In this document: positions 55,201-64,000 of the stretch, one piece after another | How the letters are laid out: each line of letters begins with the position of its first letter | Numbering within the stretch: the stretch's first letter is position 1 | Source of the DNA: Auanema rhodensis | Taxonomy: Eukaryota; Animalia; Nematoda | DNA length: 64,000 bases | Direction of reading: 5' to 3' | Assembly (NCBI GenBank): GCA_964057225.1 | Contig: OZ059898.1 | Location: forward strand, 11,532,001 to 11,596,000 | Notes under the pieces: model-generated | Told to the model about the DNA's origin: nothing | Database searches by the model: none | Seen by the model: the letters and a program-made list of their open reading frames with translations, nothing else | Program-made: the position numbers and the translations under genes

Positions 55201-58200
55201 AGAGAATTACAATGTAATTTCTTTAACTCATATTACTTTCAATTCATAATTTGATGTTTAAGATATTAATCGATTTGGCAGATATCGTCGAGATACCAAC
55301 TGCCCTATTCTTGAATCAAATGCCGAGCGTACGGTAATTCAGAATCAAGATGATAGTATCACTGTAAGTTTTTAATTACATTTGAACTTTATTTTTGAAA
55401 ATAATAAGATATTCATTGTATGAAACATTAATATTTTTCTGTTTTTTTTCTGTTTTCATTGTCTCTAATCTCATTTTTTCGTTACAAACCCTTATGCTTA
55501 AACTCAGCTTATAAGCGTATGCTAGAACTTGAATTCAATGATTTGTTAACAAATTCTTAAGTAAAATTCTATGATAGGATCATTCTAAAGTAAAACAAAA
55601 ACAACAAAAAGCAGTGAGCAAGGTTTGCCTCACATACAGCATTTAGATCGTTTGCAGGGAAGGCCATGAGTTCTCAGCAGAGTTTATGGATGGAACATCA
55701 ACATGCATACAAGGCAACTGGACTCCAGCTATTAAGAAATGTTATCCCAGTGAGACTTTAACCATAAAACAATCTCTCAAATAAGCTGAATATAATATTT
55801 TATATAATTATAATTGAAAAATATAAATATTATATATCATATAGTATTTTTTTTTTATTTGAAAAGAGAAGAAGAAAAAAGAAAAATTTGAAAATAATAT
55901 CGAAGAAGATAAATAGATTGTAATGTGAATTTGTTGTTAATCAGCAGTTTCTTTAATGAAATTTGAAGAAAAACATAAGATTTGTCTATAAAAACTGTCA
56001 AACAGATCTGAAATTCATACAATTATTCAGTTTTCGAAGATTTTTATTGTTTAGAGTCTTGTCGAATACCAGTCCGTTTACATGTGTTCTTCCTCAAGTT
56101 TAAAAGTTCTGAAATACTTCAATCAAATGATGTAATTGAACATGGAACATCAGCTAATATGGTTTGTTTACGAGGTTTTCATCTTATAGGTATATCATAT
56201 ATATATTTATTCATTATTTATATGTAAATAATATTATTTTAAGGTAATGGCTTTCTTGAATGTGATCGAGGTAATCTTGTTACTCAACTTGGTAATTGTT
56301 TGCCGCGTAAGTTTTAAGTTTAAGTTCAATAACATGCTCATAACTTTTTATTTTTCTATTAAATTGTATTATAGAAGAATGTAGTTTACCTTCATTAGTT
56401 GTTGGAACATTTGAGCCACATAGAAGAAGTGTATCTGATGGACAAGTTATTCAAATGAAATGTCCTTCATTCATTATGAATATTACATGTTCAAAAGGAA
56501 TATTATCACCACATCCAAGTTGTTTAACCAATGGTATACTATACAAAAACTTTTATTTAACTATATCATATAAACTTTAATTTATTGACAGCTACATCAT
56601 ATTGTGTTCCACCAAGAGATTCAACACCAGCTCTGATATATCGTGTTGTTGGAGTTAAACGAACAAATCTTGATCGCTATCAAGCTGTTTATCCAAATGG
56701 AACTATTTTTCAATATAAAGTATGATCTCTTTACTTATATCACATGACCAGTTTTCTTACTAAGTGCGTCGAGAACCGAGAAGAAGCCAGTGGTATTCAA
56801 TGTATAAATGGCCAATGGATTAGTAACTTATTACCTTGTGGTATGCATAACTACTAATAAACTTAAACTTAAACCTGAACATGCTGTTCTTTCAGTTTCA
56901 GCTAATGCTACTGAACTAGCTTTACCAACAGCACATGATATGTGTACGATTCCACAACTTAATTCATCATATCGTATAATGAATATTGATAACTATATAA
57001 GAAATGATGAACATAAATTCTCGCATGGAACTATTCTATTGGTTTGTTTGTTTGTTTGTTTGTTTGTTGATTAGATCATTTTAATTTTTATTTATATTCA
57101 AGTTTAACTTAATTAAAACATTTTTTATAAGTTGAAAACTTTATTTAGATTGGATGTGCTATATCTGGTGATATTTCAAGAACTATTGAATATAAATGTC
57201 GTCGAGGTAAATGGAGTAAAAAACGACAAGTCAACTGTTCATTTGGTATTTCTATTATTCTTTTTTAATTTTTAAAATAAAATTCCAGAAAAAGAACCTT
57301 GTGAATATAAAGTTCAACTTAATTCTCATATTGTGGCTTATGATGTTATGAAAAAGGAAAATGTTTTATTTAATGATTTCTTTAGAGGTTTGAAACAAAT
57401 CAAAAATTATTAATTTGTGGGGAACCTGCTAAGCTTATTAGCTTCAACTTTTTAAAACTTATTGAACTTAAGCTCTATTCCCTGAGGATAATCTCAATTT
57501 AAACTTTAAGTTGCAAAAGTTTCATCTTTCAGAAGGATCGAAGTTATCATTTCGATGCTCTAATGTAGGAAGTGAGATCTTAAGAGGTAATCGAGAACTT
57601 CAATGCATTAAAGGAAAGTGGTCAGCATCAATACCATATTGTATTCCATTAGATCCTTTAGCTAATAGTAAGATTCACTTCAAGTTTACATAAAATATCA
57701 ATTTTGTATCAGATGAAGTTCCACCTATACAGTATGATGTTGACGATGGAGCATATTCTATAACACCTAAAGGTGATTTGATTGTCAGTCGCAGCTCTAC
57801 TATCATCTTTTCATGTTTGGTTCCCAAAAAAAGTGGAAAACCAACCTGGGTAAAACTTTGTAAGCATACTCTGAGTGCTTAAGTAGTGCTTGTTTAGGAG
57901 CACTCTTCAACATATCGTTCATACGCTCAGCAGTGGGATACTGTAAAAGCTTTTGGTCATCTTAGTTTAGATGCTTATCAGGTTTTTTCCGTTTATGAAT
58001 AAAATTAATTTGAAAAATTGAATTCAGTTAACTATTGCTGGTGCGCAACGAGAAGATTCCGGTTTAGTTCATTGTGTTCTTCCAAATGGAAAACGAAATA
58101 CTCTTAAATTCTCTGTTGATGGTATGATTCTAAGATATTGAATTTGATGAAAAAACAAATTTTGTTGTAGTTGAAACATGTAGTCCTCTTCGAAATTCTT

Positions 58201-59210
58201 CACATCTTTATGTTTATTTTACACATCGAAGCTTCTTTATTGGTACTGTAGCACAATTCTCTTGTCCAGTTGGATATCGAATACATGGATCATCTACTTC
58301 GACCTGTCAAGCAGATGGAACATGGACTCATGTTGCTCCTAAATGCCATGGTTTGACCATGTCTCCTGATTATCTGTCTCTTCAATTGAATTTATAGCAG
58401 CACAATGTGCGCCTTTACCTGTTGATGGTACAACACTATCTGTAACTGTGACATCTTACAAGTTTGGAGGAGTTGCTATATTTCAATGTGCAAAAGGGTT
58501 AGAGCTTACAACATTCCAACTTAAAAACTTATTTTTTTCAAGTTTTACTCTGATCGGAGCTGAACATATTCATTGTACCAGTGATGGTGTATGGAGTGAA
58601 AAAATTCCTCAATGTGTAGGTATGCCAGTTGAATATAAAATATTTTTTAAAATTATCTCATCTCTGTTTGAAGTTGTGAAATGTGGACCAGTTATTCCTC
58701 CAAAAAATGGATTTATAATTGGTTCTATCAAAGATCAATATCAGAAAGGAGATATAGGTTTGTTATTATAAACTTTCTCACAGCTTAGAATCAACTTTGT
58801 AGCATTATTTGGTTGTCTTTCCAATCATTTACTCACGGGAGGCGATTTCGCAATCTGCCAATCAACAGGACGTTGGAGTCAAGTTGTAACCAAATGTAAG
58901 CTATAATCCGTTAATTTATGTTTTATTTTAATATAATTAATAACTAAAATTCACGTAGGCGATGCAATTTGTCGACATCCTGGACGTCCACTAAACGGGG
59001 ATTCAACAGCACCTGCTAAGGTTTGAATATTTATTTTTATCAGAAAACGAAATATTTTTGTTTTAGGATTATTATTTAGTTGGAGAAAAAATAGTTTTTT
59101 ATTGTCCGTCACCTGAATATAAGCTAAATGCTGAAAATGTATTAACTTGTATTTCAGCAGGCAAATGGTCAAGAAAAGTTCCATTATGCTTACCTGATTC
59201 GCGTAACTAA
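52228..59210 (+). CDS. lev-9: LEV-9-like secreted scaffold: signal peptide, WAP domain, many CCP/sushi domains, furin sites, Ig-like domain, further CCPs
   Basis: WAP domain [27 protein letters not shown], CCPs ([15 protein letters not shown]...[17 protein letters not shown]), [21 protein letters not shown], then continued in-frame exons including an Ig-like segment (FSC...W...EDSGLVHC), ending [10 protein letters not shown]. Confidence 0.9.
53613..53636. repeat. (GATA)n intronic microsatellite
   Basis: About 6 GATA units. Confidence 0.85.
57042..57066. repeat. (GTTT)n microsatellite at an intron 5' end
   Basis: About 6 GTTT units starting at the splice donor. Confidence 0.85.
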
Positions 59211-60138
59211 TTTTTACAAATAAATAACTAAATGAAAATATTTTAATATGTTTTATTAATAAAATTTATTAATTCAAGTTTGTTTTAGATGAAAATTATT
59301 TATAACATAGTTGGTCACAACTCAAACAAATGCTTGACGTATAGCCATACAGGCTCTCCTGCAGATGTTCCCACCCCTTTTGTGTAATAACAATATTATA
59401 AAAAAATAAATTCATTTTTCATTACCATACATTTCCAACAAATGTTTGCCCGTAGCCTCCGAAAACGTACTCCATGTCTACGAAGTGGTTGATGAACATT
59501 AGCTTAAGTCTTGAACAGTCAAGCTCATCTTCATTTTCAAGCCAAACATAACTATTCGCATAGCTGTACCTAGAGATCTAAGCTGTAGCTAAGATCAAAG
59601 AATAACTAAAGAAACTCTATTTCAAGCTTTTAGATAAACCATCAGTTTTAATTATCTCACAGTGTATGCTGTCATGAGATTCAAGTTTGACGTTCATGTC
59701 TTGTGAATAAAGAGTTGCAGCTTAAATGTGCGATAGATGTACTTTATCCACAATATTTCACATATATATGTATATATTCTATACAAATATATATATATAT
59801 ATATATATAATTCTATTATATATATAATGAATATTTAAAGAATTCATTTATATTTTCAGAATAATACACAACAATAGATGATCTCTGTTAATGTTTTTTT
59901 GACAAAACAAATTCAAAAAAAAAAAAAAAAAACCAAATATGATTTTTATATTTTTCATTACATTCATCTGTTTTATTATACATATGTATATACATGTATA
60001 TATATATATATTAAGGAACAAATGAATAAATATTTTATGATTAACCATGATATTATATTTTTGTTTTGTTTTATGTACGTAGTTATGACATATAAGTATA
60101 GTGTCTATATTATGTATCTATAGTACTGTTCAATTTAG

Positions 60139-60141
<3 letters not shown>

Positions 60142-60191
<50 letters not shown>

Positions 60192-60193
60192 TC
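60142..60193. repeat. (CT)n microsatellite
   Basis: Long CT run. Confidence 0.92.
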
Positions 60194-60341
60194 TTACTCT
60201 TTTCTAATAAAACTATTTATTAAGATTAAACTTACACAAGCTATCTCCTCCCTCGCACAATTGCCTAATATGTTATAAGTTCGTATAAAGGTATTAGAAC
60301 AAGTTGAAGAAGTTATTGTTTTTGGAATCAAAATATTTAAA

Positions 60342-61645
60342 ATGAAAAGGTAAATATTTTTTTATTTTATTCAACAAAAATATTTATTATAGTCAAATTA
60401 TTATTTATAATTCTATATATGCTGTTGCTTATCTGATTAATGTTGTATTTAGTCTTATTGTCATTACAATATGTATTCATCAATATCGTCTTCTATCTAA
60501 AACCTTACAACCTAAGCTTATTATATCATTATCATTAACTATTATTATATATTCTATACCTTTATTTCTTGTTATACTACCATGTGTCTTTACGAAATGC
60601 TTGTTACCGGAAATAGTAAATGAATATATGAATACTTTACCAACTTGCGCATACTTTCTACATCAAGCTACTCTATTACTATTAGGAATAGAACGTTTTT
60701 TTGTTTTCTATTGGAAACATTTACGAGTTGGATTTCTGAATATTGAGGTGAGAATCACGATTCTATATATCAATCACTGTTGCTTCAATCATATATTCAT
60801 AAATTCATATAATATGATATGTTGACGAAATTTTTTAGAAAGAAAATTAAAAAAATCATTAAAAAACAAATAATTTCAGACATATCTTATAATATTTATA
60901 TGGATTATAACTACAGTAATAGTTATTATGTCAACTAAAACTCTTTGTCATGTGCCATATGAACTATTATCTCATTTTATATTTATTTCCTGTCCTTCTA
61001 TATGGACTTTAGTCAACAGTGTGATGAGTAAGTATAATTATAATAATAATATTATAATTAAATATTCAATTATATTATTTGGATTTAAGAGTAAAACATT
61101 CCTTTATTTCAGCTCAAATTTTATCTTACAGTCTATTTATAATTTATTTTTTTATAAGTTATAAAATTAGATGTTTAAATAAATTAAGAATAAGTCAAAC
61201 AAGTGATACTATACGTCGAGAGATTAAGCTTGTATGTTCTCATATCATCTGATGAAACATCTCTGTAACTTCTGCTTTTCAGGCTATTCAATGTGGTATT
61301 GTATCGGGTGTTGGAGCTATTGGTGGATTAGCTTTTAACTTTATTCCAATTCTATTTCCAGGGTTAGTTTCATTTGCTTTTGCTTTTTTTAATTTTTTTT
61401 TCAAATTCAGAGATTCTGCTAATTCACAATTTGTTGTATTCCTGTTGGATTATATTAATTTTCTTTTAACAAATATATTTTTCCTTTTTTTCAACAAACC
61501 AGTATGTTTATTTGAATTTTTTTTTATTTGAAATAATAATTTTCAGTTTAAACAAGCTGCTCGACATACCTTAAGGATGAATTTCTCAAAAGTTTCTGGC
61601 ATAAAGGATACATCTGTTCAAGTTCAATCACGATTGGGCGCATGA
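60342..61645 (+). CDS. Serpentine 7TM receptor, srx-like
   Basis: Seven hydrophobic segments with LLLLGIERFFVF (TM3), RREIKL|AIQC (TM6) and FLFFNKP|FKQ (TM7). Stop TGA at 61643-61645. Confidence 0.75.
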
Positions 61646-63719
61646 TTGATGATATATGACTCAATTGGAAATTCTTATTTGAACAACAACGACAAAAAAC
61701 AAATGTTTTATACATAGTTAGGTACATATCATGTATTAATATAATTCATAAATAATAAATAATATCATTTAATCAATGTATTATATCAATGACTTCATCA
61801 TAAATATTCATATAATTTATTTATATATTCTATCTTTGATTTTTAAAAATTAAATTTTTAATTAATTACAATACGTATATCAATTCAACTCCTACTATTG
61901 TTTCAAGTTTCAAATTTTGAGGGGGGAGGGTAGGAATAGAGGACTTCTTCTCACGGGATAGAGTATAATCAGATCAACCAATTACAAATATACAAATCAA
62001 GAGTTCTATTTCAAATATTTCACTTCTTTTTCATTTTATTTTGAACGAATTACTACGATTCGATTAATTAGAAAAACAAAGATTTGTTAATTATATATTT
62101 TATTTTTAAAGTTAACTGAATATTTTCTAATAAATATGATAGGAGATACAGTTTTTGTATTTTATTTATTTATTTCTAACATTTTAAATATTTAGTTGAT
62201 CCAGAAAGAAGCTGACGTATTGAGTTGACGTATGACGCTTGTAAAATAATTTTTTTGGCAACATTTATCACAATCGGTTGCATTTGTACTGTAAAAATTA
62301 TAGAAAACTATATAATTATAAAAAATAAAAAAATATATTAATAATTATAAATTAATTAATTAACTAATTGAACCTTTAGAACGAAAACAAAAAAATAAAA
62401 TTAAAAAAATTTAATTTTAGATATTTTGCAAGTTCATATAGTATATATTTAATCAAAATATATGTTTTTATAATAAAAACTTATTTTAATAATATTTTTA
62501 AATTTATAAGGAAATATAGTATTATTTGAATAATTCATCTTAATATAACAAAATTTGAGATTAGCAACATGTTAATTCATTAGAAATAATTTTAAATGAT
62601 TCTAAGCACAAAGCTCGATAGCTTCAATAACAAGTGATCATCAACATCTGAATCTTCCTGAATATCTATGAAGAGAACAGTGTCGACGTACAACCAAGTT
62701 CTCCCAATTTAAAAGAAATATAGATAAAATTGAAATTTTTTCTAAATTTGTTTTCGTTTTTCAGCACTCAAAATAAGTTTTTTTTTCTAAATTTTTGTAG
62801 TTTGTCTGAAAGGGTTTAAAGATTTCTAAAGGTTGTCCGAGGATTTTTGCACAAGACTGTATGTATTTATTTATTTTTAATATAAAAGATTATGAGAGAA
62901 TCTATGAGATATTATCTTAAACTATGTATTGCTGTACTTATTCCGTAAATCTAAATATTGAATTTAAATTCATAATATAAACTAATTTTTTTAAAGTAAA
63001 ATTAGTTAAACTCATGTATTTCTCGTAACTGCTTTAAACAATTCTTGGAACATTTAAAAAATTGCTGGACAGAACTTGAGCTTACTGAAGTTTTTTTTTT
63101 CAAAATAATTGAAAACAATGATAGTTTTTTCTTCAAGAAAATGAAAAAGTCTTCTGAAAAGAAGAGTTTTTTTGATGTTTTTTTTTCACAATACCGTATG
63201 TCTGTACCTATTTTCATTATAAGTTTTATGATAATAAGTTGAATGTAAGTTTAAATATGGTAATTGATTTGTTAAAAATAAAAAACAAATCAAAGGTTTA
63301 TACATCAGATAATAGAAATATTCTATTTTTACAAAAATATTTACTGTTTTCACATTAAGATAAATTATTTCATAGGATAATACATAAAGATTTATGGTAC
63401 TTTTGAGGAAGTTCTAACATACGATTACAAATTAGTAACCATGATACCAGATTATTGACTATGTATCTGAACAACTTATGTTGTTAAGTTGTTCTAATTA
63501 AGTTTTATAATACAAATGTTTGATAGATTTGATATTAAATGATAAATATTAATCAAATTATCCTTTTTTTTGAGCAGTTTTTTTACAGAAATAATAGATG
63601 AACACATTGTAATTATAAATTTAAAAAAATATATATATATTTAATTATATTAAATAAATTTTATAATAAAAATAATTATAATAATAAATACAACTTGTGA
63701 TTATTAACTTTTATTCTTG

Positions 63720-64000
63720 TTAAGTCTTAATTCTTGAACTGCTTCGTGGTACAACACTATTTGAAAATTGAAAGTTTTTAAATTTATTTTTAATATAAAA
63801 TATGTGTTGTTCAACTCCTTTGTAAATTGTTTTATTTAATAAAATATAAACAATCGATGGTACTCCTGAAAATAATGTGTTAACTTGAGAAATCAAAGAG
63901 AGTAAAAGCATTTGAAATGTTACGACAGGCTGACCAGGTCCTACAACTTGCCGGATAACCGAACGAATGTGAGTTTTTTTGTGAGAATAATTGAAAATTT
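63720..64000 (-). CDS. 3' end of a serpentine receptor (srt-like); truncated by the window edge
   Basis: TM7-like SGVPSIVYILLNKTIYKG, then a short tail ..SSSRIKT*. Confidence 0.6.
   Translation of the reverse strand, partial: IFNYSHKKTHIRSVIRQVVGPGQPVVTFQMLLLSLISQVNTLFSGVPSIVYILLNKTIYKGVEQHIFYIKNKFKNFQFSNSVVPRSSSRIKT

Noticed and set aside
63002-63450. Overlapping ORFs and splice-like sites near the window end
   Set aside because: The sequence is low-complexity AT-rich, and in-frame stops prevent a gene model.

Overview
AT-rich nematode genomic DNA, most likely a clade V (rhabditid) species. It is gene-dense, with many ~43-60 nt GT-AG introns and frequent (GA/CT)n microsatellites. Manual exon assembly supports about 17 protein-coding genes. 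In order: the 5' end of an OATP/SLCO transporter (-), a JTB orthologue absent from the ORF track (-), an LRR + calponin-homology LRCH gene (-), an AANAT-like GNAT acetyltransferase (-), a DPY-6-like mucin with a C-terminal cysteine-cradle domain (-), a PP1-like phosphatase (+), an srh-like chemoreceptor plus a decayed neighbour (+), polo-like kinase (-), a divergent 55-aa single-TM microprotein (+), a multi-TM protein with a long disordered N-terminus (+), an Expansion/Rebuf-like MH2 protein (-), two tandem 4-TM paralogues sharing a near-identical last exon (+), a small secreted helical protein (-), an SLC9B/NHA antiporter (-), a long-form LEV-9 (WAP + CCP + furin sites + Ig) (+), an srx-like 7TM receptor (+) and the 3' end of an srt-like receptor (-). 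I found no rRNA, tRNA, CRISPR array or intact transposase. The most unusual window-wide signal is that many frame-required 3' splice sites end in AAG or GAG instead of the TTTCAG typical of C. elegans. All gene models are hand-built and unverified by transcript data.
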